A stretch of DNA of 64,000 nt from the human T2T-CHM13v2.0 reference genome, Homo sapiens: the NCBI RefSeq assembly GCF_009914755.1, contig NC_060934.1. One strand, given 5' to 3'. The notes under the pieces were generated by a model. It had not been told where the DNA came from. It saw only the letters and a program-made list of their open reading frames with translations, and did no database searches. A program made the translations under genes and the position numbers. How positions within the stretch are numbered: position 1 is the stretch's first letter; each line of letters starts with the position of its first letter. Shown here one piece after another: positions 39,048-55,671 of the stretch.

Positions 39048-40675
39048 GATGGTAGGTAAGAAACTAATTTATTTCTCTAAGTCCATGACAGATCAGTAAC
39101 ATTAAAAAAAAAAAAAGCAAGGATATACAAAACCCTAACACACCATTATGGTTCATCTAATGGACACATATTAGATATTCTGAGAAGGAAATGGTGCAGA
39201 CCTGGAATAACAAAGACGGCAGAGAAAACAAAGTACACCGCCAGATGTACAGAGATAGCCTGTCACGCATGCCAACAGCAAAATTCTGTCTTCTAAAGAG
39301 TCCTTAGATAACTGAAATTGCTTTCTTTGTTGACCCATCTAGGTGCCTGAGATCAGAATATCCTTACTGGCCTCTTTGCTAGCTACCAGCTAATCTGCAG
39401 CTTATCTAGAGAAAATAAAATTCATGGTTTCCAAACTGCAAAAACACTTCCACTTTTGCCTTTGTTAGATGAGGTCAATCCATTACTGGATTTCACTTTA
39501 CACAACAGTATACTAATAACTGACTATATTTCTGTAAGTTTTCTTGGATAATATCAAACTCTAATGTGAGGTTTTACAAAACTTGACTATGTATTAATCC
39601 ACCAAAAAACTGCAACAATTCCAAAAAGTAGAATTACTACAGAAGACATATTCTGATGAAAATGTGACTAAAAAGAAATATGTAATAGGACCAAAGAACT
39701 CAAATAATCTTTAGGTCAAATAAGAAATCGAAACTGAAATTTCAAATTATCTAGAAAATCACTTGTAACAAAAATTCTACGTATCATGAGCTCTGGGATA
39801 AAACTAAAGCAATGCTCAGAATAAAATTAACATCCAACTGAAAAAGTCTAAGAACAAGAAACCAAACAAAAGCAGGAGGAAAGAAATAAGACAAAAGCAG
39901 TAAAAATGAATTATAAAAGGGAAAAAGAAAAAAACTAATACCTACCTATACATGCAATACAACTAAACAAGAGAAAATAAAATACAGTTTAAACATTGGG
40001 AAGGAGGAGGTAAAATTACAACTATTTGCAGAATCAATGTATACCTGGAAATGCAAGGTAATCAACTGAAAAACTATCACACGTGATAAGGAAATTTAGT
40101 AAATTGGCTGGCTACACAATTAAAATAGCTCTCATATATACAAACAACAACCAATTAGATTTAATGCAAGATATACTCAATTATAATGGCCACCAAAATA
40201 AGACAAAATGGCAATAAATACAACACATGCACAAGATCTACATAAAGAAAACTCTAAAATACTTATGACACAAAAGAAAGTTGCACAAGGCATACCATAT
40301 ACTTTTATAGAAAGTGTAAACTTTATAAAGATGTCAATTGTCCTTAATCTATAAATTTAACATACTCTAACAAGGTAATTTTTTTAAATTACCTAAATAA
40401 AGAATAATGAATATAGAAAAGCCCCATGACATATTAAAATATATTACAAATCTATAAAAAATAAAAATGGTACTGGCAAATGAGTTGACACACAATTCTG
40501 TGAAACAGAACAGAAATTCCCAAAATAAACATATTTAGAATTTATTATATAATAAAGGTGGTATCTTAAATTAGTAGAGGAAAATAAATATTATTCAATA
40601 AATTGAGTTAGGTCAACTGGGTAGCCACCTAGAAAAACAAATTTGGATTCCACACCTCAAAAAATTTAAGTTTTA

Positions 40676-41120
<445 letters not shown>

Positions 41121-41205
41121 AAAACATTTAAATTCTGACCAAAAAGAAACCATGGAAGAATTATTTTATAACCTCAAAGACAGAATGTGTAAGAATACAA
41201 ATGCA

Positions 41206-41494
41206 GGCTGGGTGTAGTGGCTGCCTGTAATCCCAGCACATTGGGAGGCCAAGGTGGGTGGATCACCTGAGATGAGGAGTTCGAGACCAGCCTGGCGAAA
41301 CCCTGACTCTACCAAAAACACAAAAATTAGCTGGGTGTGGTGTCATGTGCCTATAATCCCAGCTACTCAGAAGGCTGAGGCAGGAGAATCACTTGAACCC
41401 AGGAGGCAGAGGTTACAGTGAGCCAAGATCGCACCACTGCACTCCAGCCTGGACGACAAAGTGAGACTCCATCTCAGAGAAAAAAAAAAAAAAA
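41206..41494 (+). mobile_element. Alu SINE (AluS-type)
   Basis: TSD AAGAATAC(A/C)AATGCA. Confidence 0.92.
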
Positions 41495-42195
41495 GAATAC
41501 CAATGCAATAAAATTTATATAAATTTTTCAAAATTTTCTACAAGGCAAAAATCATCATAATCAAAGTCAAAAGACAAATAACAACATAGGTCAAGTATTT
41601 GCAATTAATCTCCAGACAAAGGGATAATTTCCTTAACATATAAAGATGGAAAGATATGAACAGGCAGTTCCCAGAAAAAGAAATACAAATGTCTCTGAAG
41701 AAAAGATATTCAGCCTCATCTTAGAGTTTGGTAACAGTGTTGGTGAGGGTGTAGGCATTATTCTACATTACTTACGAGTGTCTGATAGGTCGAATTCTAT
41801 GAAAGGTAATTTGGCAATATATATCAAAGTTACAAAAGCAAAAATCTTTTGACCCAGAAATTCCACTTCTAGGAATGTACTCTACAGGTTAAGAGTTATA
41901 TACATGTGAAATGGGATAGGTACAAATTATTTATTTCACCATTACTGATAAGAGCAAAGATGAGAAACAACTTAAATGGTCATCCATAGGGACTCTGTTT
42001 TGCTATTATAATGGCATTAAAAGAACAAAATATTTCTCTATACTCATTGGTATGGATGATATCCAAGACATATCAGAGTACAGAGTATGCTACCATTACA
42101 CCAATGCTTACAGGATCACATGAGGTCTCTTTTTTTTTATTTATTAATTTTCACTGTTTGTTTCTGACTGGTCAACATAGAAAATTTGAAAAATG

Positions 42196-42854
<659 letters not shown>

Positions 42855-43651
42855 TCATTTGCTTTGAGGATCTTTCCTGTACACACATATATTATTTCTA
42901 CATGGACTGCATATTAAATATGTAATTTTGTATTATATTTTTTGTACTTCACAATATATCAGCAACAATATTTTTTCATGAAATTAAAATATATCCAAAG
43001 AATATTTTGGAAGGGTTGGCCATACGGATTATATGAATAGAATATATTTTAATCATTTTCTAATGTTTTGAAATGATTTAAATATGCTCTAATAAATATA
43101 TATTTTTACCACACTTCTTCAACAACAGACATTATTATCAAACGATTTCATCTTTGTAAATATATCAGGTAAAAATATCTCATTTTTGTTTTTATTAGCA
43201 TTTCTTAAATTCTCAGTAGAGATGACCATTTTTGTGTGAGTGTACTGACTACTTATACTTATTTGATGAAATAGCTGTTCATTCCTTTACCAATTTTCCT
43301 TTGGTTGTTAGTTCTTGGTTTTAAAAAGCACTCCAAATAGTCAGAAATTAGCCCATTAACTATTTTACCTGTTACAAATATTTTTACCAGTTAACATTTT
43401 TTTACCCTTGCTTGTACTGTAGGGGGGACATGTTCCTATCAACATATATCTTCCTTTTTCTTTTTTTCTTGAGACAGGGTCTCTCCCCTCACTCTGTCGC
43501 CCAGGCTGGAGTGCCCGAGTGTGACAAGATATATCTGTGTATTGAAATCTTCTTGAATGACCCTCAGTACAATCTTTACGTTTTCTTCATATAGATCTTA
43601 CACATTTCTTAAGTTTACTTCTGGGTATCTTACCCTTTAAAAATAATTACC

Positions 43652-43938
43652 GGCTGGACACGGTGGCTTACGCCTGTAATCCCAGCACATTGGGAGAGTG
43701 AGGTGGGCAGATCACGACGTCAGGAGTTCGAGACCAGCCTGACCAACATGGTGAAACCCGATCTCTACTAAGAATACAAAAATTAGCTGGGCGTGGTGGC
43801 GGGCGCCTGTAATCCCAGCTACTCAAGGCAGGAGAATCAGTTGAACCCAGGAGGTGGAAGTTGCAGTGAGCTGAGATCGTGCCACTACACTCCAGCCTCG
43901 GTGACAGGGCGAGACTCCTTCTCAAAAAAAAAAAAAAA
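43652..43938 (+). mobile_element. Alu SINE (AluS-type)
   Basis: Two-arm Alu, TSD AATTACC. Confidence 0.92.
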
Positions 43939-44116
43939 TTACCACAACTGTGAATGAAATTTGTTTTTCCACTGTATTTTATCTGGTTATTGTTTGCATA
44001 TATAAAAAGATGATTTATGTTTTAGAACCATATTTTACTTTCAAGGTGTTTTTAAGTACACTAACAGTACATGAATACATGCTTATATTTAAACATGTAG
44101 ATGAGAATAAGCACAG

Positions 44117-44444
<328 letters not shown>

Positions 44445-47400
44445 TTAAACAGAAAAAAACAAAACAAAACAAAAACAAAAAAACAACAACAAATAGAAAC
44501 TGTAAGACTACACTGCTCTAGTAAGTACAAATATTGTTTTTACTAAACTTATTTCTAACTCTAGGTCAGAGTCCAAAAAGCTTGAAATACACTACTTAGT
44601 CCTGGGTTCTCAAATGGGGTACATAAGAATCATCTGCATCTCAGGACCAAAAGATTCCAATTCAGTAAATCTTGAATAAGAATCAAGAATCTATATTTTT
44701 AAAAGACACTATACAGGTGATTCTGATGGAGAAAGTCTTGAGGCCTACTTGAAAAACTATGCTCCATATACATGCATGTCCTTCTCCAAAAGGTTCCCAA
44801 GATAGCGGGTGACAAACTTTTGCCATGGAAAGCCACCCCAGTACAGAAGTGCAGGACTGGATGGCATGGGCCTACAGAATGCAGCCATGTTCTTGTAATG
44901 GTCTGCAGATTATTCCTGTACCGACCTCCACTCCACTGGGTTACCGGGCTAGGGACATGTCCTGGAAGGGTAACAGCCATGGCTAAGGTCTGGGTCTTTT
45001 ACACAGTTAAGAGTCATCAGAAGTGAGCTGGTATCAACATATGACCTCACATGACCTGAGTTCTCTTTGACCTTGATTATTAACACAATTGTTAATACCT
45101 TCATTCAATACACCACTAAACTACTGCATTTCAGGCACTGTGGTGGGCACTAGTGGAAATAAAAAGATGACTGTCCCAGGAGTTTTCACACTCAGCCACC
45201 AACACTACCCCCTCTCCCAACACACAGAAGGCAATAAATAGCTCAGCAAAGGTTCTTTGTCTTTCCTTTTGGCAGAGGTACCTCATGGGTTTTAGACACC
45301 AGGGAGGGGGCCTGTCAAAGCCTGAGATAAGGTGACCATATCCTCCAATTTCACACTTCTCTTCCTTCACATACCTGAGGGAAACACTGTTCATGTCTTT
45401 TAAGGACTATGGCCTCTGTGGGTCTCATATCAAGGCATGGAAAAATAAAAGTTAAATCTAGAATCCTAGAAACCATGCTCTCCAAGAAATAGCACTGAGA
45501 AATATATATTAAAAGGATTGTTAGGGTATGTGCTACCATATTAGCAACTGGTACATTTAGTAAGACTCACATTTTACAGATATGCCTTCTAGTAAGGTAC
45601 TAAGTGAAAGTAGTCTTTGATTACAGAGAGGCTGAAAGCCTCCCTTATTCACAGGTCACTTCCTGGTAGCTTAATGGGTATGTTTAACTGATTCAAAGAC
45701 AACTAATTTAATTTGATAATCTGAAAGGATGTCTGTCAAGGGGTCATCATAGTTATCGCTGGGTAGTGAAAATGGATGATTTTTATTTTTGCCTTTGCAA
45801 ATTTGTGTTTTCTAACTTTTCTTACAGTAATTATGGATTACTTTTACAATTGAGAAAATATATCTTTTTTAGGAAAAAAAAGCTTCTTAGATCAAAAAGT
45901 AGACTGATTTCATTATATCTTAGAGCAGGTTCTAGATAAAAGCCTTAGTAGGTATTTGTGCAGATATTGTTTTTTTCGGTTTTAAAAAATCCAAAGGTTC
46001 AAGTATTGAAGACCTCATTCCAAGAGAACCTTCTAAGTCTTGATCTACAACAAAATTTGGGCCTTTTCTCGCTCAAGTAGAGAGAAGCCTACAAAGGAGC
46101 CTACAAAGATGCAGGGAACCTACAAAAATGACCTGGTCTAAGGCCACTTCCTTGTAGACTCAGAAAAATTTGTCTGGCAGATAACCTTTTCACCTCTGTC
46201 CTCCTGTTCTATGAGGATCTCTCACGGCTGCATGAATTACGAGTCACACTCAGCATCAGTGCCTCTCCCTACTATTGGTCCTGAAGAAGTGAGCTTTCTT
46301 TTGAAAATTCAAATTTATTGAGGTATAATTTACACACAATAAAATGCACATACTCAGTAACTTTTGACACCTATGCAACCACCACCACAACCAAGATACA
46401 GAACATTTCCATTATCCTAAAAGGATTCTTTGTGCCCCTCCCACTCCATCCTCCCTGTATCCAAGCCCCTGGCCCCGGCAACCACTGAGAGAAACACCCA
46501 TGAGATGAAGATTTACCAACGTGGAATAAGTCTGCCTTTCCTATAGTTTCAAACAAACGGAATTATACACGATGTTCTCTTTTGGGTGTGACTTCTTTCA
46601 TTTGGCATACTGTTTTTAAGGTTCATCCATGTTGTTTGTTTTTAGTGCTGAGTACAGTACTATTTTGTTTGTACTCAGCAGTGAACGAAACCAAACTACA
46701 TCATATTAGAAATTCATGATAAATGGTATTTGGGCTCATTAGTTACTTCATTCACCCATACATATTTTCAATGATTCATTTTTCTCTCATTCCACAAATT
46801 CTGTTGTAGTATTGCCTTTTATGTATCAGGCAATGTGTCAGCCATTGGTTAAATGTAAGCTGCACAGTTGGTTCTGGGATCATGTACCTAATTTTGATCC
46901 TGGGAAAAAAGATTATTCTGTGTAATATTCAATAGTAGCCCTACTTATCTATGTGAAAACTGTATGGGGCAGCGTTAAACTTACATGGCTGGGCACCCAG
47001 TGTCTCAATGTTCTTTGCAGACTTCATGAATAGTGTATTTTGTTCCGTCATAAGAATGAGGTAAGATGGTGCAGCCAAGATAGTATGTCCATGTTCAAGA
47101 TAGGAAGAGCTAAGAAACATCTGTCACTGTTATCAGAAAAGAAAATCTTCCCAGAAGCCTCCAGCAGATTTCCTCTTATGATTCATCCACCAGAACTGGG
47201 TCACATAACCATCCACATCTGCAAGAAGGCCAATGAGGGTCTTGCAAAATGAAACAAGATGGTTATGACTGACACATATGAATCATGACTCATAGACTGA
47301 GGCTGGCAATTGTTATCCCAAGCGAAACTGAGGTTTCAATAACAAGAAAGAAAGAATAAATACATACTGGGTAGGCAATATGTATGCTGTGTCTACCATG

Positions 47401-48844
47401 GCTTCTCATGATGATATCTGCAGGGAGCCTCGGGATGACTCTGGCACAGACAGGGCAATGTGAGTAATAAAGTGGAGAATGGAAAAAGCATTCCACTAGA
47501 TGGGTACAACCTTCCCTAGCCCACACTAAGTAAGATCTTTGGAGACTTCCAAAAATATAATACACAATTGGGACGTTTACTTTTGTTAACAAATGGATTC
47601 ATGCTCATAAAATCATAATTATGAACTTTCTCCCACTAATTATAAGACAAGATAAAGACAGATAACTTTTGCAGTCCCTGCCAAAAGGCACCCTCAAGCT
47701 CCAAAGCTTGAGTAAAGCACAATTTCTAAGGGGAAGCCAGAGTCATATCATCTTCCTTGAGCCTTATTCCCCATCGTGCTCCCTCACCTCACAGGTGTGC
47801 CCCTGGAGACAAGGAAATTTGATCATGATTCTATTCTAGGTTCCAGGGGGGCTAATAAATATCACCCTTTTCTTCTCCTCCCCAAAAAGGGAGAAAAGTC
47901 AGATCAATGCACAGATAAAAATGGGAATAAGGCAGACGAAGATCAAAGTATCAGCTTTAGAACTAATAAAACCTACCTCAAAGGGCATGCCTTAGATGTG
48001 TTATCTCACTGGGTGACCTAACAGATACTTTACCACATAATTCAGTATTCCCAGACACAGGCAGGGCAGGACAACTGTAGGCCTTCCCTACCAGAATAGG
48101 CTTACTGCAATAAACTTCCTGCATGTATGAGTGAACCAGACATGCCCCCCTCTGCCAATGTGAAGATCAGAAGGGGAGAGAAGCCAAACATGCCTATTTC
48201 CTTATCCTCAACTCACAGATCATATAGTCTCCCTCCTACCCTGAGGAGGGGAAGTGGCCGAAAGTATTTCTCACTCCTCTTTCTCCCTACGGACTGGAGT
48301 AGAAACTCATACCCGCTATGGAAACAAGAGAAACAGTTCCTCTAACACTTCTGTTTACAAATACCCTAAAACTGTTTGGTCATTAAGTGGATTTTTTTTT
48401 TAAGGAATAGGGCAACAATAAGAACATTGAATGTGAAGATGACTCTGGAAAGTTCCTCTAAAAAGTAAGATCTCACAGCCCCTTCATTAGCTAAGTAGTA
48501 GAGATTTCATTCATGCTAACCTATATACACACAGAACATATTATTTGGATGAGGTAAAATGCTAGCTTGAATGACAGAGACAGTCAGCTATCTGGAGATT
48601 TAAAATGCAGGGAGATTTGGGGGAGGGGTGTTAGAGAAAGCCACTGCCAGAATCTTTCAGTGGTACAGTATATAAGTTTATTTCAGGATCTGGGCTCCTT
48701 GCTTAGAGTGACCCTTTAGCTCATGGCACTGGTCTTCAAATATGTTACAAATTGATTTTGTTTGACCAATCCAGCATGAATGGTTTATTTGTAGCACAGT
48801 GGAAAGAAGTTCATTATTGTTATATATGATACTAGTCTATAGAG

Positions 48845-49023
48845 CAGTGAATCTTAAATGCCAGTGTGCATTAATCAAAGAGCTAATTAATGCAGGCTCC
48901 TAACACCCTACCCCAACTTCATAAGGTAAGTCTGGGACAGTGCCTATGAATCTGCATTTTTTAATAATTACCCTGGGAAATTCTGATTCAGATTTTGGGA
49001 GGTCCATATTTTAAGAACCACTG
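48845..49023. mobile_element. MER5-type hAT element
   Basis: CAGTGAATCTTAAA...GAATCTGCATTTTTTAA...ATATTTTAAGAACCACTG. Confidence 0.65.
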
Positions 49024-49491
49024 CTAAAGGGATGAGGTGAACTTTCATCAACTCCAAAACAGCTCTAGTTTCTTCTCCTAGCAGCCAATCCACGCTCCTT
49101 TAACCTTCTTTGTCAAATATATTGTTAAATGCTACCTGACAAAAGAATGACTTCTTAATGAGCCTATTAGGTCAGTAGCTTTCTAACTCTGTGGTCCACT
49201 GGTAGAATATGAAGCAGCTTTCTCATTCACTGCCCCCCTACTTTTGGTGTGCACTGTTCTAATCAAAGAGCTTTGAAGACAATAGATGTATTACAGAAGA
49301 TTCAGTTTGCCTACCCTAGCATCCATTTCTCCTTTTTTCCTTCTAACAGAAGCTTGATTTGTCATGTGCCCTTCCCCCACCCCCACATCAACATTGGAAG
49401 CTGAACCTGCCCTCAATTACAGGGAGAGGACTTAGAAGACTAAAAGTAATTCATTTTCTTTGCCAGTGCTTGGTTCAAGAAACTGGCACAA

Positions 49492-49772
<281 letters not shown>

Positions 49773-51019
49773 AGGAAATGGGCACATTTAGAATCTGGCC
49801 AATAGGACACACTGAGGAACTCTGCTGGGAGGATTCTAGAAGTTTTCTAACAATGTGAGCAAATGTTGCCAGCTCTGGATGTGATGCCTGGAACTGCTGC
49901 AGCTGTCTTGCTACAGCTTGAGGTTGAAGTCATGATTACATACTTTCACCAACCAATTGTAACATAAAATATGACAGAGAGTTGCAAAGAACCTGTGCCC
50001 TTGATGACATTACTGTGCCAGTGAATAAAGGCAACCAAGCCTCAAAGCCTACCCTATAGCTGGAGTTCCTGTCATCAATGAGTTAATTTTACTATTTAAT
50101 CTTCTTGGAGTCTGGATTTGTTACTTGCTGCCAAAAGCATTGTAACTGATACAGACATCTTTGTATAGTTTCCTGTATTCTTCTCCAATACGGTCAGATA
50201 TGTGTACATTTTATTGTGCCCTCCTCAAAATGCTACCTTTTGGATTTCTGAATATTCTGATATTTTACACACATGCATAAATACACGCAGACACACACAC
50301 ATACACAGACACCCCTCTTTACTTGTCTTAAGGTTAAGATGTTCATACTTCCCATGTCTTTTGAGATGTGTTATATTCGTGACTCCTACGCTACAGCTGC
50401 TAGTGCTCTTAAGGTTGTGAATGCTACTGAACCATGATTTTTGAAGCAAAAAATAAAATTTTAGCTAATTATACCTACCCACCTGGGTGCTGTAATTTAT
50501 GAATGTCCTAAACCAATTAATATGAAGAAGCTGCACACCTTAGAAATTCAGCCATATGTATAGAGATCGTAAGTAGTCTTGTTATTCAAAGCATGCTGGT
50601 GGCACGCAAGTGAGAAACCAATAAACCTTCACTATTACAGAAAACACACTGAGAAAGACAAACACCCTCTTCCTGCAATTTTACCACAGGTCTTTAAGTA
50701 TCACATCTAAATCTGCATTTGAATTAGAGTTGGGTACGGTTATAAAATGAATGTCAGTAAGGGAATCATGCAGAATACTAACAAAAGACTGTTCCATTAG
50801 CCCATCTAAACAAGCTAAATAATCTCAACCCTGGTTATAAAAATTGCTTTTAAAATCACAGAGGTACTTTTTAGTTTGAAGATTGATTCTCAAAGGTCCA
50901 AGACTCAATTTTCTCAAAAGTAAGGCTTATTCATATTTGATGGATGTAATAGGCTTCAAGGAGGGACTGGCTTGTGCGTCAGTGTACAGTCTTCCATGAC
51001 TTTTTAAAAGTACGTGTAC

Positions 51020-51260
51020 TTTTGTGCCCTTGCCCCAACTTGCAACAACTCTGAAGGGTCATCCCAACTCCGGAGTGCCCTTGTAGGATCCCCTTACATC
51101 TTTGTTGTGACTGCATCACAGCTCAACTAACTCCTTCTTTTGCCTAATTCTGCTTCCTTTACTCCCTCACTCATATTACACCCAAGAATCCTCCTCATTA
51201 AGCCACCTATAGCCAAATCACTCTCACAGTCTCTTTCACAGCTACCTCAACCTACAACAC
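51020..51260 (+). mobile_element. LTR16-like ERVL LTR fragment
   Basis: ACAACTCTGAAGGGTCATCCCAACTCC...GTGACTGCATCACAGCTCAACT...CTGCTTCCTTTACTCCCTCAC. Confidence 0.6.
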
Positions 51261-52280
51261 TTTTCCTTAATCCGGAGAGTTGGAGGCCTGCCCCGCCTCT
51301 CATAAGTCAACCCCATTCCTCTAAATCTTCATGACAGCAGAACGGGGGTTGAGACTTCGACACACCATGTTTTATAGTTTCTGATTCTTTCTGTATAACA
51401 AAATCCTTCTCTAGGCACTTTTGAAGATTGTGTGGAGGGCAGTGGAGGTGTCTTCACTGACTGCCCCTTGTCCTTTGGTATATGGGAAGAATATTTTTAG
51501 GCTCTTCCCAAATAAAAAGAAGAAACTTTGCTGCAATGACCAATCAGATCTACGGTTTGGTAAAATTCTACTTGGAAATTATGAATTGATTTATTTGCTT
51601 AGCATTTGTCTCTGCTCTTAACCAATTCAATGAGAATCCCTGAATTAATATTTACAAAAGGCTTTAGAACTAAGAATGTTTTGAATAGGTAATAAATACA
51701 TATAGCAATATTCAAAAGGTAAAAAATATATATATACTTTTATATATACACACATACATACACACACTTTTTTAAACCACTAATTCTTATTTCAATACCA
51801 AAAGAGTCAAACTGTTTCTGCTAAATACTAGCAAACAATTATATATAATCTAATCTAATATTCAAAACCAATTACCAAGTATTAAATACAATCAATGTCT
51901 TAAATTTCCATCCCCACTACCTGGGTCCTAGTTACCATTATCTCATGCTTGGATGACTGGTCTTAGGTCTACTCTGCCCCACTCTAATCCTTGCTCCAAT
52001 TGCGGCCACGGAGATCTTCTCAAAACTCGAACCTGGTCTCAAGTGTCATCTCCTCCCCCTTCTCTCCCCTCCGACCACTGGCCTTTCTTCTGATACCTAT
52101 ATTTGAATGTTCTTTCCTACCACAGGTCCTTTGCATATATTAGCCCTTTTATCAGGGGCACACATTCCTTCCCTCTTCATTTGTTAACATTTATTCATGT
52201 CTTCAGATTTCTGCTTGAGCATCACTTTAGGGAGACTTCCCTGATCTAACAAAATCAAATTCTCTTGTTACAGACTCTCA

Positions 52281-52434
52281 TAGAAACTTGTGCTTCTTTG
52301 TAATACCTGTTATATTTGCATTTTTATATTTGTGATTATCTGGTTACTGGTGATCTATAGAAACTTGTGCTTCTTCCTAACACCTGTTACATTTGCATTT
52401 TTGTATTTGTGATTATCTGGCTACTGGTGATCTG
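52281..52434. repeat. Tandem duplication, two 77-bp units (within an L2 remnant)
   Basis: TAGAAACTTGTGCTTCTT...ACTGGTGATCT repeated at 52281 and 52358. Confidence 0.92.
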
Positions 52435-53278
52435 TAACATTAAACCATCAGCTTTATGGACAAGGGTTTTACCTGCTTTTACTCACCATTTACAAGCCCT
52501 CTATTGGAGTAGATGCTCAATATGTATTCAATGGGTGAAAACATTGGCAAATGTTTTATCTCCTACAAAATAGCCCCCAAAAGCAACATGAAATTCACCA
52601 TCTTTTTTCCCTAGTTGTTTCCAGCGATCGAAAGAACCCCAATAACAAGTCTTTGGCTAGAAGATTCTTTTTTAAAATATATGTTACATGAGGAAGATGG
52701 GGTTGGATCTTCTTAGCACCCACCCATTTTGGAAGAGGGTTGTAAAGCATAGATGACATAAAGGGATAGTGCCCAGAATGCAGATATTCTATTACCTGTA
52801 ACCACAAGATATCAACACCAGGACCATTTCCTTCTCTTGACATGAAAATAACTTCATCAAATGAGGAATTACTCAACCTCTTGTCTCCACCCCTTCTCTG
52901 AAGTTGGTATCCTATCCACCATTTGAACCCTGGTAGATGTGAGAACCCTATTCAATCTACTCTCAAGTAAAGATATCAGCTCTTATAATTCCATTTTCTC
53001 CTTTTCATGGATGGGTTAAGTCTCTTTCCTGAATTGTATTCTTATGACACCAATCAAAGCATATGGGAGTAGGGGTTGGAGGGAGAAGGGGAAAAGTAGA
53101 TTGTTCACAAATGTTAGCTTGAAAGAACTTGTTTAGTCTTAATGCCTTGAAGAAAATTTCCAACGGTAGCAAAATCTTTTTCTGGGAAAAACTGTTTTCA
53201 TTTTCACTTTCCATGGGCTTTAAAAGAAAATTTAAGCCTCTTGGGGCAGTTTTAAAAAATATTTCTATAAAAGTTTCT

Positions 53279-53584
<306 letters not shown>

Positions 53585-54868
53585 CTAAGATAATTCGGAG
53601 GCCCTGAAGCAAGATTCTAGAGTGATATGCATGTATTTAACACTGTGTGAGAGGCTTGAAAATGTATGCCAAATTTTCAGTGTTTGTTTGGGAGTATATT
53701 TTTCTGAAGAAAGAGTCCAGGTATTGCTTCAGATTCTCAGTCTCCAATACTTAGTATGCTGCCTGGCATGTAATAAATGCTTTATAAATACACAAATAAA
53801 AGGATGAGAGAATGAATGAAGGCAAAGCTCTAAAGACATTCAAAAGAATGACCACAGAAGTAAATTATTTAATACTAGGAAACACTGGTGTCAGTGAAGC
53901 CCAAGTAAAAGAAGATTTCAAGAAGAAAGTGGATAAACTGTCACACTGGACTGAACAGAGGTCAAGTCAGATAGGGTCTGAGAAATACCCAGTGGATTTA
54001 GAAATGAAGTGGTAGTTAGTGACCTTTAAAACTGGTAATTTCAGTTGAGATAAAATGTTGCAGTTGGTTGAAGAATAAACAGGAAGTTCACGGAAATAAA
54101 CAGTGAGTAAAGACAACTTTTTCATGAACACTTGTCTGTGGACAGAGAGGTATGAAACAGAAGAGAGAGCGGCAAATTGGTGTAGGATGGTTTTATTTTT
54201 TTCTTCTAAGACAGAAAAGATGTGAGAATGCCTAAATGCCAGTGGGAAGGAGCCATAGCTAAGTAAACGAGAAAAATCCTAAAGAGTAGGAATGAATGGG
54301 AAGAGATCCAGAGGCTTGGACCAGAAGAGGACCACCTTTTCCACTGTGCAAGGAGAAAAGGACAAACAAACAAACAAAAAAAGAACAAAAATGGTTTATC
54401 AATGAAGTAAGTTTGAAGGTTTGGTCGCACTAATTTGCTAAAGTTGCCATCTTATGTTTTCTGTTTTCTCTGAGAAAACGGGAGGTAAAATAATCTGCTG
54501 AGAATGAAAAAGTAGGAGATCTAGTGAGCACATAGGGAAGGGTCTAAGGTCAGCAGAAGTTTAAAACAGCTCCTGTGGAGAATGGGAAAGAGAAGAATTG
54601 CCAGGCAAAGTCATGAACATAAATGTCATGCTATTAGTTTTCACCAATGTGTGATTTTTCTCTAAGAAGTCTTTCGAGCAGAAAGGGGTTTCTAAGAAAA
54701 ATCCCTGCCACCAGAGGCTGCCTTATCTCTTGTGAGTGAGAATTAAGTTGAGTGACTTAAATTCACGTTCAAAATTGTGGTGGAAATACATTTATGTGAG
54801 TATCACATGCAGAAATTATGGTGAATCTGAAAATTATAGGAAGTTATTGGTATTATTTTAAATATCTA

Positions 54869-55257
<389 letters not shown>

Positions 55258-55288
55258 CCATTGTCAAAACAAAGCCCTAAATTAATTA

Positions 55289-55671
55289 CAGTCATCATGC
55301 ACTACATAACAATGTTTCAGTCAACAATGAACAGTATATACACTGCTGGTCCCGTAAGATTAAAATGGAGCTGCACTATATAGGTGTATTAAAAAACAAA
55401 AACAACTGTTATATTGTATTTTTACTGTGCCATTTCCATGTTTAGATATGTTTAGAAATGCAAATATTCACCATTGTGCTACAATTGCCTCCAGTATTTA
55501 GTACAGCAACATGCTGCACAGGGTTGTAGCTTAGGAGTAACAGGCTATACCATACAATCTAGGTGTGTAGTAGGCTACACCACCTATGTGTGTGTAAATA
55601 AACATGATGGTGAATTCACCTAATGACACATTTCTCAGAACATATCACCACAGTCAAGTGATGCATGACGG
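55289..55671. mobile_element. Tigger3a/MER7-like DNA transposon
   Basis: TIRs CAGTCAT(CAT)GC...GCATGACGG; internal AGTACAGCAACATGCTGCACAGG..TAGGAG motif. Confidence 0.78.

Noticed and set aside
44953-44962. Perfect p53 half-site GGACATGTCC
   Set aside because: No adjacent second consensus half-site; single decamers occur frequently by chance
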